IMG/VR virus record: IMGVR_UViG_3300017777_001079
Location: 1-39,838 of that record
Length of the DNA stretch: 39,838 nt
Reading direction: 5' to 3' (one strand)
From: a virus
Lineage: Duplodnaviria > Caudoviricetes
How positions within the stretch are numbered: the stretch's first letter is position 1; the number at the start of each line of letters is the position of its first letter. A model generated the notes under the pieces. That model saw only the letters and a program-made list of their open reading frames with translations. It had not been told where the DNA came from and made no database searches. The position numbers were made by a program, and so were the translations under genes. Shown one piece after another: positions 24,887 through 36,800 of the stretch.

Positions 24887-27800
24887 TGGCCGAGATTGAC
24901 GACTGGCAGACGCCCGCCACCGGCGGGCCGCAAGGGTCTATGCCCACCGCCGCGGGAGCGGCGCAGCCTGTGTTTGCGGCCCCGGCCGAGGTCGACGATT
25001 GGGTCGACGATTGGACGCCAGAGGCGGCATCCGGCTCGATGACCGATTACCCGGTCGAGTTCGGCAAGGGCTTCGTCGAGGGCGCGAAGAACCTCCCGGC
25101 ATCGGCGCTCAAGGGAATCGGAGCGGCGCAGACCGTGCGGGCGCAGGATACCGCGATGTTCGCGGATGCTATCGAGCGTGCGCAGCAGGGCGTCGATCCG
25201 GCCACGGCCATCGATCAGGTGCGGGCTAACCCGCCAGCGATGGGGCGGATCGCCGATCAGCCGCTCTATCAGGCCGGTAAGGCCATCGAGGAATTCGGCA
25301 AGGAGACGCTCGCGCCGCGCCCGGGCTTCGAGCCCGGCAAAAGCTGGACCCGCGACATCGGTTCTGGCTTTGGATCGATGGCGGCCGGCATCGCCACCTC
25401 CATGGTTCCGTTCGGCGGGCCCGCGCTCGCCGGTGCGATGTTCCTCGGCTCCGGCATGGGCGAGGCGGTCGACCGGGCCATTGAACACGGCGCGACCGAG
25501 GAGCAGGCCCTGCAGGCGGCGCAACTCGGTGCCGTCGCGGGCGCGACGGACATCGTCGACGCGCTCCTCCCCGCGCTCGGCTCGACCGGCAAGGCGCTCG
25601 GCTTCATTAAGAGGGTGGGGTTGCGTACGGTGTACGGCGCGCTTGCCGAAGGCGGCCAAGAAGCTGTGCAATCCATCATCCAGAACGCCATTGCCAAGGG
25701 CATTTACAAGCCCGAGCAAGAATATGGAGAAGGCGTCACGCGCGCGGCGCTGATCGGCGCCATTGTCGGCGGCGTCACCTCCGGCGGCGTCTCTGCGGCG
25801 CAGGGACGAGGCCAGCAGGAAGCGCGGGCGCGAACCGGTGCGCCGACCGCGACCGATGCCGTTGAGACGCCGCGGGCCCAGCAGGCCATGGATGAGCTCG
25901 ACGCCATCCTGTCAGGCCCGGACGACTGGACCGCGCCGGCACCGGCGGCAGCCGCGCCCGAGCCTGTCCCGGCTTCCCCGACGACGCAGGCGGACCCCCT
26001 CCAAGATCTCGACGACATTCTTGCCGAGACGCGCCCCGCGCAGGTCTCGCCCGAGGAGGCGATGCTGCGCGAGCAGGAGGGCATGTCGACTTTTGCCCCC
26101 TCCGAGGTGGTCGAGAAAATCGACACGGCCGCAGCCGAGACCAACCCCGAGCCCACCGCGGCGCAGAAGGAAGCCGGCAACTACAAAAAGGGCCACGTCA
26201 GCCTGCACGGGCTGGAGTTCACGATCGAGACCCCGCGCGGTGCCGAGCGAACCGGCGTCGACTTCTCCGGCAAGCCGTGGACCGTCACACTCCCCGATCA
26301 CTACGGCTACATCAAAAAGACCGAGGGCTCCGACGGCGACCAGGTCGACGCCTATATCGGGCCGAACCCGGAGAGCGAGCGCGTCTTCGTGGTCGACCAA
26401 AAGGACGCCGAGACCGGCAAATTCGACGAGCACAAGGTCATGGTCGGGTACGAAACGCCCGGCCAGGCGCTCGACACCTACGAGGCGGCGTTCTCGGACG
26501 GCCGCGCGCCGGACCGTATCCGCGGCGTCACCGAACTGTCGGTCCCGGAATTCAAGAACTGGCTGGCAGAGGGCGACACGACCAAGCCGCTTTCTTCGGT
26601 GCCGCGCTCGGAGTTGACCGGGGCGGTTGACCTGAAAAAGGAAGCGTCCAAGACTGGCGCAATGCTCCCGAAGACCGAACTTTTCCTGCAGTACGGCAAC
26701 AAGCGCTACGTCGTCGGCGACTTCCGCGAAGCTTCGGAAAAGGTGACGGCCGCGCGCGACGAAGGTATGCGCCAAGGGTTGGGCGGGTCGGATTTCAAAT
26801 CTCCCCTCATCGTCGATAGCAACGGGAAGGTGGTCGGCTACGTTTCTTGGAACGGCCGAGTGTGGCCCGGCAGACCGGAGGATTGGGCTTCTGGGGTCAA
26901 ACCGATCTTCGATAATAGAGACAGCAGTTCAGAGGCCCGGGAAACCGGGCCTTCTGATTCCGGGATGCGTCCGAAGCGCGGCGGCGGGATGGAAATCAGC
27001 GTCGACCGCACCGACAAGCCGGAATGGCAGACAGTCGAAGAGGCGCCGGAAAAGCCCTCCACCCCCTCTACCGAACCGGCCGAAACTGCTGATATAAAGA
27101 GTGAGGAGCGTGCCGATGGACTTCAAGTTCCCGTATCTGCAGGCGATGCGCAGCCAGGCGCCCAAGATGTTCAACCAATTGAACAGGGCCGGCCGGCTGG
27201 AGGAACACGCGGCGCAGAAGTCGAACGAGGCCCATCGGATGTTTCAGGAACTGACAGCGAACGCGCCGAAGGACGCAAGCGGCTACCCGCGGGAGCCGTA
27301 CGCACGGGAGGCCGAGGAGCAGGTGAAAGCGGCTCTGATCGAGTTCCCGAGGGACAGCGCCCAACTGACGATCGAGGATCAGACCAACGCGATCCTGCCC
27401 CGGCCGCCTCTGTAGAGGGCGAGAATTACCTGATCGAGCCGGGCGCTCTCGACGAGGCCCGGAGTTGGAAAACCAAAGCCCAAGATAACGTCCGCGCAAT
27501 CGAGCTTGTCCGCAAGATCGAGGCGGAGGGCCGACCCGCGACCCGCGAGGAGCAGGCGCAACTCGCCCGCTATGTCGGATGGGGCGGCATCAAGGGCGTG
27601 TTCCTGGACGCTGACGGAAAATTCGGCAAAGGTTACGAAGCGATCGGCGCCAAGGTCAAAGACCTGCTGTCGCCCACCGAATACAGCACCGCGCGGCGAT
27701 CTATCCAGTACGCGCATTACACCGCCGAGGACGTGGTCCGTTCGATGTGGAGCGCGGCGGAGCGCCTCGGCTTCACCGGCGGCAAGGTGTTCGAGCCCGG

Positions 27801-30800
27801 CATGGGCGTCGGAAACTTCGCCGGGATGATGTCTGGCGACCTCGCCGCCAAGACGCAGTATGTCGGGCTTGAGCTCGACCACACCACCGCGCGCATTGCG
27901 CGGCTTCTCTATCCCAAATGGGGCGTGCGCCGCGATGATTTCACCAAGGCGCCACTGCCGGAAAACACCTTCGACCTCGTGATCGGCAACCCGCCGTTTG
28001 CCGACGTCGCGATCAAGTCCGATCCGAAATATGCAAAGCAGGCGTTCCTCCTGCACGACTACTTCTTTGCGAAATCCCTCGACGCGGTGCGGCCGGGTGG
28101 CCTGCTGATGTTCATCTCGTCCGCCGGGACGATGAACAAGAAGGACCCGAGCGCGCGGGAATATCTCGCGGACCGGGCCGATTTCGTCGGGGCGATCCGG
28201 TTGCCGAGCAATGCGTTCGCGAAGAACGCCGGCACCGAGGTCACGACCGACATCATCATGCTGCGCAAGCGGCTACCCGACGAGACGCCGGGCGATCGGA
28301 CGTGGACCGAAACCGTCGAGCAAACGCTGCCGAGCAAGGACGGGGGCAAGATCACCGGCCTCGTGAACCGCTATTTCGCCGAACACCCCGACATGGTGCT
28401 GGGTGAACCCGGCTTCTTCGACAAACTCTACCTCAACCGCTACGCCGTGCATGCGCGTCCGGGCTTCGACCTCAAGGCCGAACTCGCCAAGGCGGTCGAT
28501 ACGCTGCCGTCCGGGATCATGTCGGACCTGCAGACCCCGACACAGGCGGCCGAGCACGATTTCGGCAGCAAGGAAAAGAAGGAAGGCACGTTCTACGTCG
28601 GCCCGGATGGCAACCTGTTGCAAATGCAGGCCGGCGCGGGCGTGCCTGTGGGACGCCGCGGCAAGGGCGTGGAGGGCGGCAAGACCGCCCAGGAGGTCGA
28701 GCGCATTCGCGGGCTAATCCCTGTCCGCGACGCGCTACGGGCTGTGTACGACGCCGACCTCAACAGCGACAAGGAGAACGGCGACCGGGCGCGCGCGCGG
28801 CTCAACAAGGAGTACGACGCCTTCGTCAAGAAGTTCGGTCCGATCAACAAGGCCGAGATTCAGAAGCGCCGCCCGAACAGCATCCAGCAGGAATCGGCGC
28901 GTAACGAGGCGCGCGAGGAGGCCCGCTATGCCGGGGCGGATTTCGACGAGGGGACATTCGATCCGAGCAAGATGATCGAGGCGGGCGCCACGCTCTCCCA
29001 GATCGCCAAGGCGCGGCAGCAGGCGCGGGAAGACGCCAAGGCCAGGGGCCGCAACTTCGACGAGGGCGCGTTCGACCCAGACGAGATGCCGGACGTCACC
29101 ATCGACAAGCGCCCGAACGTCGACCCGTTCATGGACGACCCGGAAAGCTACCGGCTCCGGGCGATCGAGAAGTACGACGACAATACCAACAAGGCGTCCA
29201 AGGGCGCGGTTTTCACTGAAAACCTGATCACCAAGGATCGCCCGCCGACCATCAATTCGGTCAACGATGCCGTGCTGTACGTGCTCAACCAGAAGGGCCG
29301 GCTCGACATCGATGCGATCGCGGCGCTGGTCGACAAAAGCCCGTCCGAGACCATCCAAGCGCTCGGCGACCGCATCTACAAGGAACCGGGAACCCGCGAC
29401 GTCTGGATCACTAAGGATCAGTATCTTTCCGGCAATGTCCGCAAGAAACTCCTCCTTGCGAAGGAAGCCGCCGAGACCAATCCGGAGTTTCAACGCAACG
29501 TGGACGCGCTTGAGGGGGCGCAGCCGATCCCTCTCGCCCCGTCGCAGATTAAAGCCAAAATGGGCATGCCGTGGATTCCGCCAGAGACCGTCGAGGAGTT
29601 CGGCCGGGACGCTCTCGGCCTGGAGGAGATCAAGGTTCTGTATGTGCCGGCGCTGGCGCAATGGATGGCGCGCGGCGATGGGGATTCCACCGCTGCGACG
29701 ACCACATGGGGCACGAGCCGGCGGTCAGCACCGCAGTTGATGAACGACGTTCTCAACCGGCAGCAGACCAAGATTTACGACCCCGTCCGCGATGCCGAAG
29801 GGCGGCCGCGGCAAGAACTCAACGTCACGGCGACGGAGAAGGCACAGGAGAAGGCCGCAGCGATCCAGGCCAAGTTTGACGAGTGGATTTATGCCGATCC
29901 GGAGCGGTCTGAACGGCTCGCCGCGCTCTACAACGAGAAATACAATAACCTCGTGGTGCGCGAGTTCGACGGCTCCTATCTGACCACGCCCGGGATCTCC
30001 AAGCATTGGAGCTGGCGCCCGCACCAGACGCGCGTCGTCGCCCGCATCATCCAGAACGGCAATACCTACATGGCGCACGCCGTAGGGGCCGGGAAAACCA
30101 GCGCCATGATCGGCGCCGGCATGGAAATGAAGCGCCTCGGGCTGGTCCGCAAGCCGATGTATTCGGTCCCGAACCACATGCTCGGGCAGTTCACCAAGGA
30201 GTTTTACGAGCAGTATCCGACCGCGCGCATTGCGATTGCGGATGAACGCCGGTTCCACACCGCCCGCCGCAAGCAGTTCATCGCCAACGTGGCGGTCGAG
30301 GACCTTGACGCGGTGATCATCCCGCATCCGGCGATGGGCATGATCCCAGTCTCGGAGGCGTTCCAGGACGGCATTGTCCAGCAGCATATCGAGCAGTACC
30401 GCGAGGTCCTGAGCCAAATACCGTCGGTGCAGGATACTCGCATCACCCGCTCGCGGATCGAGAAGCAGATCGAGCGGCTCGAGCAGCGCCTGTCCGGAAA
30501 GAACAACAAGCGCCGCGACCAGGTCTTCACCTTCGAGGAAATGGGCGTCGACTTCCTGTTCGTCGACGAGGCGCACCTGTTCCGGAAGCTCGACTTCACC
30601 ACCCAGATGGCGAACCTGAAGGGTGTCACCCCGGAAGGCTCGGGCGCGGCCTGGGACCTCTACGTCAAGACGCTTTATCTCGATAGCCAGAACCCGGGGC
30701 GCAGCCTCGTGATGGCGTCGGGCACGCCGGTTACAAACACCATGGCCGAGCTTTTCACGCTTAGCCGGTTCATGCAGCGGCAGGAACTGGAGGAGCGCGG

Positions 30801-33800
30801 ACTTGCGCAGTTCGACGCCTGGGCCGGAGCCTTTGGCGAGTCCGTCACCGAATTGGAGCAGGACGCGGCCGGCGGCTACAAGCCGGTCTCGCGCTTCGCC
30901 AAATTCGTCAACGTCGCCGAACTCTCCGCCATGGTGCGGCAGGCCATGGACGTGGTCACGTCGCGCCAGCTTGAGCAATACGTCACGCGCCCGAAGCTGA
31001 AGGGCGGCGAGCGCATCATGAACCTGGCTGAAAAGACGCCGGCGCTGGAGCGCTTCCAGGCCAATCTCGCTCGCCGGATGGAGGCAATCGCCAAGCGGAA
31101 AGGTCCGCCGAAGAAGGGCGACGACATCATGCTGTCCGTCATCAATGACGGGCGCCATGCCGCGATCGACATGCGGCTCGCCGGGGGATCGCAGGCCGAC
31201 GGCAAGAGCAAACTCGACCTGATGATCGATAACGTCTTCCGCATCTGGAAGGAGACCAAGCGGCAGAAGTTCTACCACCCGAAGAAGGATGGGGGCGGCT
31301 ACGAGAGCACGCCGGCCGATGTCGGGCCGGCGACGCAGATGATCTTCGCCAACCTCGGGCTCTCCGGCGCGCGCGGCTTCTCGGTTCCGGATTACATCCG
31401 CAGCGAGTTGCATCGTCGCGGCGTGCCGAAGGACCAGATCGCCTACATCTACAATTACAAGTCGCATGTCGCCCGGCAGAAACTGTTTAACGACATGAAC
31501 GAGGGCAAGGTTCGCATCCTGATCGGATCGACCGCCAAGATGGCAACGGGCGTGAACGCGCAGCGTAGGCTCTACGCCATCCACAACCAGGACCCGCTCT
31601 GGTATCCGGCCGACGACGAGCAGCGAAACGGCCGCGGCATTCGTCAGGGCAACATGAACCCTGAAATCGAAATCAACGATTACTCGACCAAGGGCACCTA
31701 CGACTCGACCATGTGGGGCCTCATGGAGAAGAAGGCCCGGTTTATTCAGGGCTTTTTCGAGGGCGACCCCTCGATGCGCGACATGGAGGACCTCGGCGAG
31801 GCCGGCCAGTACGCCCAGGCCAAGGCGATCACCACCAACGATCCGCGGCTGATCCGGCTGACCGAACTGAAGCAGGACCTTGAGCGCGCCCGCAGGCGCA
31901 AGGACGGTTTCGAGCAGGAATTGTATGCGCTGCTCACCCGCCGCAGGCGCGAGGAGAGCGACAGGGGCTATTGGACCAAGCGGCTCGCGCAGATCAAGGC
32001 TGACATCAAAGCCCGCAAGGACGTGTCGGGCGACGATTTCACTGCGACCGCAGGCGGGAAGACGTTCTCCAAGCGGGTCGAGTTCGGCGAGGCCATCATG
32101 GCCCGGCTCGATGCCATGGCGAAGGACCCGGTATGGGAAAGCAAAACCAAGATCGGCGAGATCGGCGGCTTCCCGCTGATCGGCACACCTAAGAAGGCAT
32201 ACGACAAGAGCGTCTACGTCGACGTGCGGATGCAGCGCAGTGCTAGTTATGAGAGCGATATAAGCTCGACGGAATCCGCGCTCGGCTTCGTGCGCTCGGC
32301 AGAAGCAAAACTGGCGGGCTTCGAGCGGGAAGCCACGGACGCCGAGGCCCGGATCAAGGCGAGCGACAAATTCCTTGCGGAATCCGCGGACAGTGCGACC
32401 CGCAAGTTCCAAGGCGACGCCGAGATTGCGGAATTGCGCAAGGCTGTTTCCGAGGTCGAAGCCGATCTCGCGCGCGTGGTAACGCCCGTCGATCAGGCTA
32501 TGGACGAGGAATTGCAGCGGGTATCGAGCCTCGATGAATTGCAGCGCCTTGGCACCGTCGATCTCAGCACGCGGCCACGGTCGGCCATGCGGTTCCCGTT
32601 TGAGCCCTTGGAGGAGGTGGCCTCGCTCGGCGCGGGGGAGGAGCGTTTCGACGCGCGCCGCGACCTTACCCCCCGCGCGCAGGAGAAGAGGCCCCTTCTC
32701 GAAAAGCAACTAACCGCAGTGGTGCGCGGCATTGCCGGGCCGCATGTGCGGGTGGCGTTCCAGGACAAAATCCCGCTGCCGGACTCGTCGCTGAAAGCAT
32801 GGGGCTCCTACACCAAGGGCGTTTACACCGCGGCCGGCACCTACATCCCGGCCGAGCGCCTGATCAAGATCGCGCTCGCCGATCCGAAATACCGCCATGT
32901 GGCGTCCACGACGCTGCACGAGTCCTTCCATGCGGTCGAAAACCTCCTCCTCAACGATCGCGAAATGGCCGTGCTGAAAAAGGCCGAGCCGCAATTGCGG
33001 AACATCGCGCAGGGGTTCGCAGAACTTTCGACGGAGCAGGCCGCCGAGCTGGTGCCCTTCGAGGTGCGGGCGATTGCGTTCGAGGCCTTCGCCGACGCCC
33101 GGGCCAACAAGCAGCCGGTGACGAGCTTCCCGGCCGCGACCCGGGCGATCTTCGACCGCATGCGCATCTTTTTCGAGCGCATCCGCAATGCGCTCTCCGG
33201 GCTCGGCTTCAAGAGCGCCGAGGACGTGTTCACCGACGTGTTCCGGGGCCGCATGGCCGGGCGCTCGCCGTCGGCGAGGCCGTTCACAGATGCCGCTGAC
33301 GTCAAGGGCGGCGCCGGTCTGGTCAACACCAATGCGTTCCGGCGCTGGTTCGGCGATAGCAAGGTGGTGGATGCAGAGGGGAAGCCGCTGCGGGTATATC
33401 ACGGCACCGCTGGTCTTTTTGATGCGTTCGACCACACGAAGGCGAGCACATCATCCATGCACGCGACCGCCTATCTGGGTCACTTCTTCTCAGCCTCACC
33501 AGAGGTAGCGAGCGGGTTCGTTCCCCAGCGGTGGGATTTAACGACATGGCCGCATAAGGTTGAAAACAGGGAAGGGGGCAATGTGATGCCCGTTTTCCTG
33601 AAAATTGAAACACCGTACGAAATGCCCCTCTCGGAATTTCGGAAGATGGTGCCGCGCGGGCGTAGCAAAGAAGGCCTCACTGAGGTGGACGATCTCCGTG
33701 ATCGGCTCATTGCCGAAGGCTATGATGGCATCCACATTGTAGGTGATCGGTCGCTCGTAGGAACCATGGCCGGAGACGAGTGGTCTGCGGACACCTACAT

Positions 33801-36800
33801 TGCTTTCCGCCCGGAGCAGATCAAATCCGCCACCGGCAACCGCGGAACCTTCGACCCCAACAATCCGAGCATCCTCTTCGACATCAAGGGCGGGGCCGCG
33901 CTCGACCCGGTCGCGCTCTCTCGGTTCATTCGGGGCGAGGTCGCGGCCGACGAACTGGCCCCGGGCCAACCCAAGTGGGCCAAGGTGCAGGCCTATCTGG
34001 AAGCGAATTTCACGGCTGAGCAGCGGGAGAAGATGGGCTCGGTGCTGGATCAGGTGATGGTCGGCGCGCCCGACATGCTGGAAACCCTCGCGCCGCGGGA
34101 GCTGGCCACCGTAGAGAAGCTTATGGGGGCTGCCGGTGGAATGCCGCCCGCCCCGCCGGCACCGCCCAGCGGCGCGCCAGGGGGGCCGGGGGATGGCGCC
34201 CGCCGCCGCATCCTCGACCGCATCGTGCCGTCGAACAAGAACAGCAAGCGGATGCCGACCTTCAATCAGGCCTACACGGTCGCCAAGGACGATCTCAATC
34301 CGCTCCGCGTGCTCCGCAATGAATTGACCGACGGGCGCGACATCCCGATCGAGGCCGACCCGTACCGCCTCGCGCGACTGACCCGCGGCTCCTTCGGCAA
34401 AGCGCAGCAGATGCTGGAAACCGGCACCTTCGCGTTCAACGGCCTGGCCGATACCGGAAAGGGGCTCAAGCCAATCCTGGAGCCCGTGAAGAACGACATG
34501 GACGGGTTCCGGGCCTATATGGCGGCGCGCCGCACGCTGGAGCTCGCGGGCCGCGGGATCAGAACCGGCATTCAGATCGGCGATGCTGCGACCGTGGCGC
34601 GGCAGGGCCATGCCAAATTCGGCCGACCGTTCACCGAATTGGTCGCATTCCAGCGCCGGGTGCTCGACTATCTACGCGATAGTGGCGTGGTCTCTCCGGA
34701 GGCCTACGCCGCCATGGTCGAGGCCAACAAGGATTACGTGCCGTTCTTCCGGCTGATGGAGGGCGACGCCGAGGGATCGAGCGCGAGCGGGCGCAATCTC
34801 AAGGTCCGAGATCCGATCCGCGGCATCAAGGGGTCCGATCGCGAGATCATCGATCCGATCGAGAGCATCATCAAAAACACCTACCTCTATATCGCGCTGG
34901 CCGAGAAGAACCGCGCGCTGACCGCACTTGACGATCTCGCCCAGGAATCTCCCAAGGGCGAGGAATTTCTGCGGACCCCGAAGAAGGGCATGCATCCGAT
35001 CACCGTCACCGAGGACGAGGTTGCTCGCTTTCTGGCGTCGAACGGCATCGAGGCCGAGGCTTCCGCCTTCACGATCTTCCGGCCGAATGCATTCCGCCCG
35101 GCGCCCGACGAAATCTCCTTCTTCCGGAGTGGGAAGCGCGAGGTTCGGCAGGTCGACCCCGACGTCGCGAAGTCCGTCAAGGCCATGGACCGGGAGAGCT
35201 TCGGGCTCGTGCTGAAGATATTGGAGGCTCCGGCCCGGATGCTGCGGGCGGGCGCGACCCTGTCTCCGGACTTCATCGTCCGCAACCCGGTGCGCGATCA
35301 GTTCTCGGCCATGGTCTTTTCCGAGCATGGCTATATCCCGGTCTATGACATGGCCCGCGGGCTGGGCGGGATCCTGCGGAACGATGCGGCCTATCAGTCA
35401 TGGCTGAAAGCCGGCGGGGCGAATTCGGCCATGGTGTCGGTCGACCGCAACTACATCGAAAACAACGTCATGCAATTGGCGCAGGACCCGACCTTCGGCG
35501 ACCGCGTCAAGAACGTGGTGATGAAGCCGATCGACTTCCTCCGCATGGTGTCGGAACTGGCCGAGAACGCCACCCGGCTAGGCGAATTCAAGCGCGGAAT
35601 CGCCAAGGGCAAGAGCCCGATGGAGGCGGCCTTTTCGGCGCGCGAGATCACGCTAGACTTCGCTCGGATCGGCGCGCAGATGCGCGGCGCCAACGCGATC
35701 GTGCCGTTCTTCAATGCGCAGGTCGAAGGCACCGACCGGGAAATCCGTGGGTTTGTCAAACATCCTTTCCGCGCGACCTTCCTCGCGGCGGCGGCGATCA
35801 CGCTGCCGTCCGTCCTGCTCTGGATGGCGAACCACGACGACCCGCGCTACCCGGAAATCCCGCAATGGCAGAAAGATTTGTTCTGGCTGGTCTTCACCGA
35901 CAAATGGGACGCGATCAGCGAGGAAGACGCCAAGCAGGTGCCCGCCGCCTACAAGCGGCTGCGCGGCAATCAGTGGGAGCAGAATAACGGGACGATCTGG
36001 CGCATCCCGAAGCCCTTCGCGCTCGGGATCCTGTTTGGCTCGGTCCCGGAGCGCGTGCTCGACGCCTATTACGGCGATCACCCGAACGCCTTCAAGCACC
36101 TCGGCAAGTCGATCAAGGAGGCATTCCTGCCGAACGTCTTCCCGACGATCATAGCGCCCTTCATCGAGCAATTCTCCAACCGCTCGCTGTTCACCGAACG
36201 GCCGATTGTCCCGAAGTATCTCGAGGACGTCCTGCCGGAATACCAGTACGCGCCGTACACGTCCGAGACGGCAAAGCTGCTCGGCAAGGCGCTCGGCGCG
36301 ATGGGGGTCGACAAGAGCGCGGCGGGTTCCCCGCTCGTGATCGACAATTACATCCGGGCTTGGACCGGCGGTCTCGGGCAATACGTTGTGGCCGCTTCCG
36401 ACAAGGCGCTTACCGCTACCGGCATCGTGCCTTCAAAGGTCAACCCGACCATGACGCCGGCCGATATGCCGATCATCCGGGCGTTTGCCGTTCGCCATCC
36501 ATCCGGCGGCGCGCAATCGATCCAGGATTTCTATGAGACCTATGAGGAGCGCAGGAAGGCGCTCGGAACCGTGCGCTATCTGACCAAACTCGGGGAGCCG
36601 GATTCGGCCGGGGCGGTCAGTGAGGAGCGCAATCTCGAAACCGCAGAGCGGGTCCACAAGGCGCTCGGCCAGCAGATGAAGTTCGCCCGCGACGTCGCGT
36701 TCAACCGCACCATGACGCCGGCTGATAAGCGCCGGCTGATCGACACCACCTACCTGCAGGCGATCGACCTCGCAAAGACCGGAAACGATATTTTCCGCGC

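Noticed and set aside
29725-32709. 994-aa minus-strand ORF and other long antisense ORFs (e.g. 22529-24811, 18082-19407, 4566-5747)
   Set aside because: They mirror strongly biased + strand genes in GC-rich DNA and have no motifs; typical shadow ORFs.
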